Below, piece by piece: positions 1-6,865 of a stretch of DNA of 20,000 nucleotides (positions are counted from its first letter, which is position 1; the number at the start of each line of letters is the position of its first letter). The DNA lies in IMG/VR virus record IMGVR_UViG_3300028048_000131. One strand, 5' to 3'. The notes under the pieces were generated by a model that saw only the letters and a list, made by a program, of their open reading frames with translations, searched no databases and was not told the origin of the DNA. The DNA is from an uncultured virus (IMG/VR IMGVR_UViG_3300028048_000131) (taxonomy: Duplodnaviria; Heunggongvirae; Uroviricota; Caudoviricetes). The position numbers and the translations under genes were made by a program.

Positions 1-445
1 AGCTGTTCATCATCAAAAACGTCTATATCAGCTACGCTAATAAGATTGTTCCGTCATAACTCTATGTAACTACAGACACTATAACAGGGATCTGCTTGAT
101 CCTCCACTACAGATTAGGACTTGCCATAGGATTCCTGCCGAACTAGGGATTACCTCCTCTATTGACAGGTCTGGCCATATAGGATATTTCTCCAAGACTT
201 ATTATAATAGCTGGAGTAGTTCCCTAATATCTCTTGTCAGGAGAAAACGCACATCCGACTTTTACACAGTCCTTATTGAGATTCCCTTTTGGATCATACA
301 TAAGGGAGACCAGTCTCTAATCCTTGATGTTCCGACTGTCGGCAAAGAAGTTGTTAAGAATATCCTTTATGTACTTGACAACCCGGCTCTGCTGTCCGAA
401 AGCATCAGGAAGAGTACTTTTTTCTGTATAATCAGTAAGATTCAT
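1..445 (-). CDS. Virion protein, possibly tail terminator/completion-like (runs off window; TAG-recoded)
   Basis: ATG at 445 overlaps the upstream TGA (ATGA). The frame stays open to base 2 with 7 TAG (317, 224, 143, 107, 62, 32, 23) and no TAA/TGA: MNLTDYTEKSTLPDAFGQQSRVVKYIKDILNNFF...TTPAIIISLGEISY...LLA*LI*TFLMMNS. Function inferred from position and general resemblance. Confidence 0.7.
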
Positions 446-1266
446 TCAAAGGCCTTCTTCCACTAGTCACCGCTTATGAAAGCTTCCTGTAAAACCTGTT
501 GTGCTCTTGGAGTGTGAAGCACGTCGGAAAGCTCTAATAGGTGCATCTTCAACTGATATATAAGCGGCACATGCTTGAATTTGGAAGCTATATCAGCTTG
601 CTCTATATAAAACCGCTGATCAGTGTTATCATCTACCCAGACATCCCCGAGTTCTATAATGGGCCAGGCTGTACACTTAGCCTGTAGTATCACAGATTTG
701 GTGCTCCCTATCTGCTGTATACCCTAATTGGAACTCTATCCTACCTATAATATATTCATAGGAATAGCTCTGTAATAGCCACCCTTGATGCCTGTTCCAA
801 GACACACAGGACAGTGCTAGTTCACAGGAGAGTCATCCTAGAAGTGCATACAGGCAGGGCACTTCTAGCCATAGATGATCTTCTTCATAAGATATCCGGT
901 GCGGCCTGTTTTCTACATCTAAAGCTAGCTGAGACGAATAAGATTGCTTGCCTAGGAACTATATGGATAGCTCAGAGTGATCCCTGCCTGCTGGGGCTAA
1001 GAATAGTACTGCTGACCGTCCGCATTCATTCTAACTCTGTAGTAGTCGTTATTGTATTTGTTGCGGTTGGTTCTTCTATTATCTATATAACAATAGCTTA
1101 CAGGCAGGCCCTCTGCTAAAGTCTACCACGTTCCACCACTGCGAGCATATTCTACTGACAGTAAAGTGTCCTAAGGCAGTGTTATTCCTGCGTCGAACTA
1201 CCAGGAGAGCGCCCTTGAATTATTGGCCAATATAAATACTTTTAAAGCTTTGAACGGACTGGACAT
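442..1266 (-). CDS. Putative neck/head-closure protein with CxxC...CxxCxGxG zinc finger (274 aa; TAG-recoded)
   Basis: ATG 1266-1264 overlaps the upstream TGA (TGATG) and the gene ends TGA at 442. Contains G*KCPACMHF*DDSPVN*HCPVCLGTGIKGGYY, includes track ORF 463..693, and has more than a dozen internal TAG and no other stop. Confidence 0.75.
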
Positions 1267-2171
1267 CAATGCCACCAGCGCTAAGTACTTTCAAGATAGA
1301 TATCAGAGATGCTTCCCATACACTCAAGCATATTCAGCTAGCTCTTTTTAGTCTGCACCCAGCTTTTCCATTCTTGCAGGGCATTCTGAGCGAGCTGCAT
1401 GTACATCTGTCCCTTGTCATTATCATCGTAAGTGAGACCTGCGTTGGCATGTCTCATCTGGTTTCTCATATATCTGTAAGAAGCCATCTTGAAGAGATAA
1501 CCCGAAGCTCCTGTGCAAAGGTTGCTTCTAAAAGGAAAAGTAGAAACAGTAAGATTCCTGGAAAGCTGAGGAGGCATCTAGTTCCAGTCCTGTACTGCGC
1601 GGTCCATGCATCTGGCAATAACGATGTCTGAGAACTAAAGGTCATTGAGGAGCTAGTTCTGCTGGCCTGAAGTGTCATACATCTACATTCTTACCTAAGC
1701 AATGGTAAGCGGCCTGAAGCCACAAGGGCACGGACTCGCCAGGGAATGCTCTATCTAAAGACAGCATTTAAAGATATGTCTGAGAACTCCGTCCTAGTCC
1801 CTGCACTGGAACTAGGCATAGTGAAGCCCCTAATTGCATTCAGTCTGCTAAGGGCCCAGAGAAAAAGTTACTTTTCCATTACCCTGATACTAACAGGGAA
1901 CTTCAAAAATATAGCAGCCTCTGTTCTAAGCAAGACACGCCAATTTTACATTATCAGTAGAATATAACTCTGCGGGAATAGTTCCCTACAGATCTTGTGT
2001 AAGCTGTACGATAAAGTCCGCAGTAAGTCCTGCAGTAGTTCTTATTACAGGCACTCCATAAGAAGAAGCTGCATGTCCGGTGGCCGCTTGGGAAGCCTGC
2101 CCGTCGGCGCCTCCACCGCCCCCAATACCGCCAGCTCCTGGAGTTGCTTCAGGTATGCAAATATCAGCCAT
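1266..2171 (-). CDS. Putative head-tail adaptor/neck protein (301 aa; TAG-recoded)
   Basis: AGGAGG RBS before ATG 2171. Track ORFs 1986..2171 and 1338..1577 are in the same frame and join through 15 TAG, ending TGA at 1266. Motifs PLTIA*VRM, LLDNL*FSD, QDWN*MPP. Function is inference. Confidence 0.75.
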
Positions 2172-2407
2172 TAATTAATCCTCCTGTGTGCAAATAAAGG
2201 CATAAACATAAAAGCAGCACATATACAAATAGTTATAGGCCAGCCATATCCTTTTTGTTCTGGCTCAGGATCCTTTAGATCTGCTGTCTTCTTTGCGGAG
2301 ACTTCTACTTGTACAATAGTCGCAGGTTCTTCAGCATGGCTCTATGAGGTCTAAAAAATACACCCGCATAGGCATAGGCAAGTCAACAGCAGACACAATA
2401 AGCGCAT
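2171..2407 (-). CDS. Small lipoprotein with C-terminal transmembrane segment (u-spanin-like topology; 78 aa; TAG-recoded)
   Basis: MRLLCLLLTCLCLCGC (lipobox-like LCGC) IF*TS*SHAEEPAT...GYGWPITICICAAFMFMPLFAHRRIN-TAA. TGATG overlap upstream and TAATG overlap downstream; TAG at 2351 and 2342. Confidence 0.65.
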
Positions 2408-2697
2408 CATTTATCCTTAAGTTGATCTTGTATATCTTTAAGAACCGAAAGCAGCTGTGTTTGTAAAGGATCAGGGGGCAGCGGGCACTGATTAAAAGTT
2501 CCATCGGAGTTGCAGCACGGGAATCTACTGCGGCGTTCCTGACAGAGTGCCTCGGAGACTTTGTCCGTAAGTTTATTGTCCAGCGTCATGAACTTGTTTT
2601 CCAAGTGATCAAGGCGCTTGGTGAGGAAGGCTATAAGCCAGGCGAAGCCTCCTAAGATGGCTGCCACAATTGATATGACCTGAACTGAAGTAAACAT
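2407..2697 (-). CDS. Single-pass membrane protein, holin-like candidate (96 aa)
   Basis: N-terminal hydrophobic helix (VISIVAAILGGFAWLIAFL) then a coiled-coil-like segment. AAGGA RBS, ends TGA, directly upstream of the lipoprotein gene. Confidence 0.6.
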   Translation of the reverse strand: MFTSVQVISIVAAILGGFAWLIAFLTKRLDHLENKFMTLDNKLTDKVSEALCQERRSRFPCCNSDGTFNQCPLPPDPLQTQLLSVLKDIQDQLKDK

Positions 2698-2739
2698 GCT
2701 GTTCCTTATATAGTTTCTTTATAAAGGGGGGCGGGTAAG

Positions 2740-2769
2740 TTGAAGTTTGAAGGCTGTGGTGTAAGTTAT
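2740..2769 (+). promoter_or_regulatory. Sigma70-like promoter (TTGAAG-N16-TAAGTT)
   Basis: Same spacing and GRTG-TAAGWTA context as the promoters at 3345 and 3480; lies just upstream of the AGGAGG RBS of the 2785 gene. Confidence 0.5.
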
Positions 2770-2784
2770 GGAAAAGGAGGAATT

Positions 2785-3348
2785 ATGAAGAACTTCGAAG
2801 AGTACATCTTGAGTTACACAGTGCAGCCTATAGCAGGAGTTTCTACACTAAGAGGAGTTAAAGCGGACCTGACAGTATCACTGCCGCTATTCTATAAAGA
2901 CTATAGGGAGGAACACCCTGATAGCACTGAAACAGAGGCTATAGAGGCTTTATGGAAGCTTGTGGATAAGTGGTCTAAGGAGAATCATATAGAAGAACTC
3001 GGATGTACATTGCAGGCAACGGACGAAGAAACGGAGAAAGTTAGAAGAAGTGAGACAAAATATTTGAAGAGTCTCGAGGAATATATTATTCCGGAAGATC
3101 TTAAGTCAGGACAGTTGCCACACACTTTGGCTAGGTATGACTACTATACAATGGTGAAGGATTATATGGCAGAACATCCAGAAGCGGACTCCAGGCAGTT
3201 ATTGCGAGACCTTATGCAATTTACCTCAGGGACAGGAAATCCCAGAACTATGTTAAAGGCCGTGGGGGATATATCTGATTCAGAGTCTCTGGTAAGTTTT
3301 ACTGTATATGAAACAGTGGGTTATAATAAAGGGTCTTTTCTGGCTTGA
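2785..3348 (+). CDS. Hypothetical protein (187 aa); C-terminus weakly resembles the GatB/YqeY tail domain
   Basis: AGGAGG plus 4 nt then ATG 2785 is a better start than TTG 2740. Ends TGA with no internal TAG. Segment MVKDYMAEHPEA...LLRDLMQFTSGTGNPRTMLKAV. Confidence 0.75.
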   Translation: MKNFEEYILSYTVQPIAGVSTLRGVKADLTVSLPLFYKDYREEHPDSTETEAIEALWKLVDKWSKENHIEELGCTLQATDEETEKVRRSETKYLKSLEEYIIPEDLKSGQLPHTLARYDYYTMVKDYMAEHPEADSRQLLRDLMQFTSGTGNPRTMLKAVGDISDSESLVSFTVYETVGYNKGSFLA

Positions 3349-3374
3349 CAAAAACAGAAGAAGATGTAAGATAA
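3345..3374 (+). promoter_or_regulatory. Sigma70-like promoter (TTGACA-N16-TAAGAT)
   Basis: Perfect -35 TTGACA at 3345-3350 and TAAGAT at 3367-3372; GATGTAAGATAA is repeated exactly in the 3480 promoter. Confidence 0.65.
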
Positions 3375-3412
3375 TAGTACAAGAGGTTGGAGCCGCCTAC
3401 TTCTTGGCACAA

Positions 3413-3473
3413 GTGACCCTTCTGCGGTCCTCCAGAAGAGAGCTTCGGGCGAGGTGCCCGGGCAGAGGGCCAT
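3413..3473 (+). ncRNA. Candidate small structured RNA (three-way junction)
   Basis: GC-rich island between two promoters. Pairings: GTGACCCT/AGGGCCAT, TCTG/CAGA and CGGGC-GAGGT-GCCCG; loop sequences CCTC and GAGG are complementary. No family recognised. Confidence 0.3.
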
Positions 3474-3479
3474 TTAAGG

Positions 3480-3509
3480 TTGACTTTTAGGTACAGTGAT
3501 GTAAGATAA
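3480..3509 (+). promoter_or_regulatory. Sigma70-like promoter (TTGACT-N16-TAAGAT) upstream of the amber tRNA
   Basis: TTGACT at 3480-3485 and TAAGAT at 3502-3507; same -10 context as the 3345 promoter. Confidence 0.62.
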
Positions 3510-3636
3510 AATATGAGCAGCCACTCCGGAGGGTTGTGAGGTTCCTGAAAAGGAGCTGTCCGGAAGTTCTTTGAAAAGCGCTTATGAAAGATATAAAGAG
3601 TTTTCATAAGTCGTTGCTAATAAAGCATTTATAACT

Positions 3637-3710
3637 GCCCGGGTCGTCTAAAAGAAGGATACTGCGCTCTAAACGCGGAGATTGGATTGCAAAATTCCAG
3701 CCGGGTACCA
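3637..3710 (+). tRNA. Amber-decoding tRNA, anticodon CUA, on a tRNA-Glu-type scaffold
   Basis: 74-nt cloverleaf with encoded CCA. Acceptor GCCCGG(G)/(G)CCGGGT-A73, D-stem GTCT/GGAT, anticodon stem CTGCG/CGCGG with loop CT-CTA-AA (anticodon 3669-3671), 4-nt variable loop AGAT, T-stem TGGA(T)/(T)TCCA. Has U11-A24, U13.G22, A46 and no position 47. Confidence 0.9.
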
Positions 3711-3720
3711 AGCAATTTAC

Positions 3721-3782
3721 AGAGGGCTAGAGAGTGCAGCTCGAAAACCTGTTCCCTAGCAGGCCGCCCTCTTTCTTTTTTC
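3721..3782 (+). terminator. Stem-loop plus T-tract after the tRNA (terminator/attenuator in the endonuclease leader)
   Basis: AGAGGGC (3721-3727) pairs with GCCCTCT (3766-3772), followed by TTCTTTTTT; alternative inner GCTAG/CTAGC pairing. Confidence 0.5.
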
Positions 3783-3812
3783 ACCTAGGGAAGTAACAAT
3801 AGGGAGTTATTT

Positions 3813-5015
3813 ATGACACCACAAGAAGCCTGTAATTTTCCACTCGATCTAGAGAATCATTATGGTTACGTATATTGTGTAACCTTTCCTTCCAGTAAAA
3901 AGTATATAGGACAATCCAAGCGTCCCTGGAAATACCGTTGGAAGTGTCACCACTCGGATACATCGTTTTGTCCTGCAATGAAAAATGCCTTGCAAAAATA
4001 TAATACAGAAGAGCTCGTCTGGGAACTTTTGTGTTATGCGGATTCTCCACAAGAATTAACGGATAAGGAAACTTATTATATACAAAAACTATCCACACTC
4101 GCTCCTGGAGGATACAACATTTCTCTTCCTTGTAAGGCTTATCCATACCCAGAAGAAAAAGCAGATAGGATCCGGTTAGGTCTTGCTCTACACCATTTAC
4201 GTAAGACTAATTCTGACGCTACTATAGAAGACGCCAAATATTATATTGCACACAAGGACGACAAGCCTCCTAAATTAGAGAAAGGCTCTCCGGAGTGGAT
4301 AGAGAAGTATAGAATAGCCACAGAAAAAAGAAGAGCTACTATGCAGGCGCGAGGTAAAAACATGAGTGATATCATGAAAAGGGTAGCTAAAGAAAAACCA
4401 TCTATGAATCAAGGAATGTGTGTAGCTCTTATAGTATATGAAACAGGCGAGCAGTTCGAATCCATAGCGGATTTTTGTAATAAATATAACGTTATAAGTT
4501 CTTGCGCATCCTTTTGCTTACAGAAGAAGAATAAAGAAATAGGCGGAATGCATATCTACCCGGCCTCCTGTACTCAAGAGGAATTGCAAGAGTATATAAA
4601 GTTCTGGAATGAGCCTAAAAAAGTTCCTAAAGGTATTCTTACCTGTGTTGAGACAGGCAAAACTTATAGAACGGCTAAAGAAGCAGCGGACGAGCTCTGT
4701 GTACTAAGAAGCAGGATCCACATGGCAACAAGGCGTAATTTACCTGTAAATGGATTTCATTTTATATATGCCCCGGCTGTAGGCGTAAATCCTAATGGTG
4801 GAAAGTCTGTTAAGTGTCTAGAAACCGGTAAGATCTATACATCCCAAAGGGAGGCAGCTAGAGATATACTAAAGGTAACAGACGAGGGGAAAGCCAAGGC
4901 AGGTGCAGACCAGATAAAGAAAGTTATTGAAGGCTCACGTAAGGACTTCCATGGATATCATTTTACTTATGTGGCTACAGGTTCACCCTTAACAATTTCT
5001 CAGGAGCTCCTCTAA
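3813..5015 (+). CDS. GIY-YIG homing endonuclease with three C-terminal NUMOD1-like repeats (400 aa)
   Basis: GYVYCVT...KKYIGQS...RWKCH...WELL...ELTDKETYYIQ...GGYNIS. Repeats VYETGEQFESI, CVETGKTYRTAKEAA and CLETGKIYTSQREAA. GGGAG RBS, ends TAA, no internal TAG. Confidence 0.9.
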   Translation: MTPQEACNFPLDLENHYGYVYCVTFPSSKKYIGQSKRPWKYRWKCHHSDTSFCPAMKNALQKYNTEELVWELLCYADSPQELTDKETYYIQKLSTLAPGGYNISLPCKAYPYPEEKADRIRLGLALHHLRKTNSDATIEDAKYYIAHKDDKPPKLEKGSPEWIEKYRIATEKRRATMQARGKNMSDIMKRVAKEKPSMNQGMCVALIVYETGEQFESIADFCNKYNVISSCASFCLQKKNKEIGGMHIYPASCTQEELQEYIKFWNEPKKVPKGILTCVETGKTYRTAKEAADELCVLRSRIHMATRRNLPVNGFHFIYAPAVGVNPNGGKSVKCLETGKIYTSQREAARDILKVTDEGKAKAGADQIKKVIEGSRKDFHGYHFTYVATGSPLTISQELL

Positions 5016-5575
5016 TGCTCTCCAAAGAAGATCTTCATCAGATGGCACGCATGTGTAGCTTTCCACAGAGCCCCTTTGTAGTTTTTCTTCGTCGTCTTTC
5101 TCATAACCGCAGCAAGAAGTGCATTCAGTATAACAATCGTTGCTATACTGTAATATACAATACACACTCTAAACGGGTTACTTTACTTCCTTCAGAAGAA
5201 CCTCTCATTGGTCCTCCGTCTCCCTTTAAAAAGAGAAGAAGAATAGATCATGACAAGCACACAAAGAAGCGCCTCCTTCAGCGCTTTAATATAGAGGCTT
5301 CCGACGAAGATCTTAAACAGATGGCTTCTATGTGCTCTACTAAGTACTGCCATATAAAACTTCCCTTTAAGTCTGCATCTCAAAAAGAGGGTCGGACCAG
5401 AAACCTCATACACTTTAAAGACCGGGATATGCTTGCTGTATATGAACCGGAAAGCGACAGTATTATAACTGCTATGCCTACCGAATATATGTTTAAGGAA
5501 GAGCGAGAATGGCTGTACTGTTCAAAACGAGTAAGATATAAACAACTGCTGAAACATACAAAGGCCCTTCAATGA
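5015..5575 (+). CDS. Hypothetical protein with an internally duplicated domain (186 aa)
   Basis: TAATG overlap with the endonuclease gene. Repeat units SKEDLHQMARMCS / SDEDLKQMASMCS and YTVIYNTHSKRVTLLP / LAVYEPESDSIITAMP. Confidence 0.75.
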   Translation: MLSKEDLHQMARMCSFPQSPFVVFLRRLSHNRSKKCIQYNNRCYTVIYNTHSKRVTLLPSEEPLIGPPSPFKKRRRIDHDKHTKKRLLQRFNIEASDEDLKQMASMCSTKYCHIKLPFKSASQKEGRTRNLIHFKDRDMLAVYEPESDSIITAMPTEYMFKEEREWLYCSKRVRYKQLLKHTKALQ

Positions 5576-5811
5576 TCCTCTCCAAGCTCCTCAAAGCTCT
5601 CTCCACGCTGTTTCTACTATTACTTTCCATAGTACTGGCAGGGCTTTCAATCCTAATTTCTGTTATAATTTTTCTGTATTACCCTATACTGCTCCTGTTT
5701 ATTACACCCTTCATACCTATGCTTATGTTCTTATGGTATGTAGATAAGCGCTTCACAGTATTGGAAAAAGAAGAACAACAACTACAAGAACACTTAAAGG
5801 AGACAAAATGA
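5572..5811 (+). CDS. Small membrane protein (79 aa)
   Basis: ATGA overlaps at both ends; long hydrophobic stretch (about two TM helices) and a charged tail. Confidence 0.75.
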   Translation: MILSKLLKALSTLFLLLLSIVLAGLSILISVIIFLYYPILLLFITPFIPMLMFLWYVDKRFTVLEKEEQQLQEHLKETK

Positions 5812-6122
5812 AACTGCTTAACTGCCCCTTCTGCGGAGCCCGCCCTGTTTATGATGAAGAGAATCAGACTGTGCACTGCCCTACTGTAGATTGCGCTATC
5901 GGGGATTTCTATATAAATCCTGAAGAATGGAATAAAAGGGCCCTAAACAACAAGCTTCTGCTGAAGTATCTGTTTGATACGCAAACAGTATATATAGGAG
6001 CTGAATTCGATCTGGTCCAGGAGCATATATGCCGCTGCTGCGGAAGATCTGGTAAAAAATACTCAAAAGTGAATCATAAGAGGGGCTGTGAAGTTAAGAA
6101 GCTCCTGGACTTGATATACTAA
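5808..6122 (+). CDS. Lar-like (restriction alleviation family) zinc-ribbon protein (104 aa)
   Basis: KLLNCPFCG...VHCPTVDC...EEWNKR pattern typical of the Lar family; AAGGAG RBS; ends TAA. Confidence 0.65.
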   Translation: MKLLNCPFCGARPVYDEENQTVHCPTVDCAIGDFYINPEEWNKRALNNKLLLKYLFDTQTVYIGAEFDLVQEHICRCCGRSGKKYSKVNHKRGCEVKKLLDLIY

Positions 6123-6137
6123 AAATTGGAAGCATAC

Positions 6138-6719
6138 ATGAGAGTGTGGAAAGATATACCTTCTATACCTGATTATCAAGTAAGTTCTGACGGAAAGGTT
6201 AGAAGAAAAGAAAGATATTCTGTTTTTTACGCCAAGAGAATGGGAGGAAGAACAGACAAAGTATCACTAATAAAAAGACACCAAAAAGCTAAAGAGCTAA
6301 GAATACAGTCGTGTTTTGTGTACCCCTCTGTTTCTATTAAAGATAGAATTCGCCAGGTACATAGATTGGTAGCTCAAGCATTTATTCCAAACCCATAGAA
6401 CAAACCTTGTATAAACCATAAAGATGGGAACAAATATAATAGTTGCGTGGAAAACCTAGAATGGTGTACCTACAGCGAAAATGAATTACACTCACACAGG
6501 GTACTAGGTAAGAAAAGTAAGCCTATGACGTAGCAGACAAAGAGAAAGGCCCTGCAAGTTAGAAAAACGAATTACCTTAGTAGATGTCTGGCACTTTTAG
6601 GAGAGAAAGAAACTACTAAGAAAACTAATACGCAGCTTGCTTTATAGCACGGCGTGAGTCGAAGAACAATACAGCAACAATTAAAAGATGCAAAAGCATC
6701 TAGAAAGGAGACAAAATGA
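6138..6719 (+). CDS. NUMOD4-HNH homing endonuclease with C-terminal HTH (193 aa; TAG-recoded)
   Basis: WKDIP..PDYQVSSDGKVR (NUMOD4), then [41 protein letters not shown] (HNH), which continues past TAG 6396. Further TAG at 6531 and 6645; ends TGA 6719 in an ATGA overlap. Confidence 0.9.
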
Positions 6720-6865
6720 GTGAACAAAAAGTTTGCGGAAAACGCACCGAAGTTTACTCTCGATAACGTATCTGTGGCTACTATCGTCCCGTTACCAACT
6801 GGAACCAGGGAAAGCGGGAAGAATTTAAAGATCGTAAGCTCTATAAAGTAAATGCCCCATCCTGA
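6716..6865 (+). pseudogene. Stand-alone NrdD C-terminal glycyl-radical domain interrupted by an in-frame TAA
   Basis: MSEQKVCGKRTEVYSR-TAA-RICGYYRPVTNWNQGKREEFKDRKLYKV matches the NrdD C-terminal YSRxxGYxRPVxxWNxGKxxEFxDR motif. Strong AAGGAG RBS; TAA at 6764-6766. Confidence 0.7.

Larger units (their letters stand above)
5796..6719 (+). repeat. 16-bp direct repeat AAAGGAGACAAAATGA (5796-5811 and 6704-6719)
   Basis: Exact match; each copy contains an RBS plus an ATGA start/stop overlap. Confidence 0.7.

Noticed and set aside
3413..3480. Hammerhead or pistol ribozyme
   Set aside because: The hammerhead core (CUGANGA and GAAA) is absent, and only a few bases resemble the pistol consensus.
3299..3607. 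Short ORFs 3299..3607 (-) and 3308..3490 (+)
   Set aside because: They overlap promoter motifs and structured non-coding sequence, and show no convincing RBS or protein features.
3637..3710. tRNA-Pyl / pyrrolysine system
   Set aside because: Although GG and TTC are missing, the tRNA has a 5-bp anticodon stem, two nucleotides between the acceptor and D stems and a 4-nt variable loop. There are no pyl genes in the window, and TAG sites match Glu.
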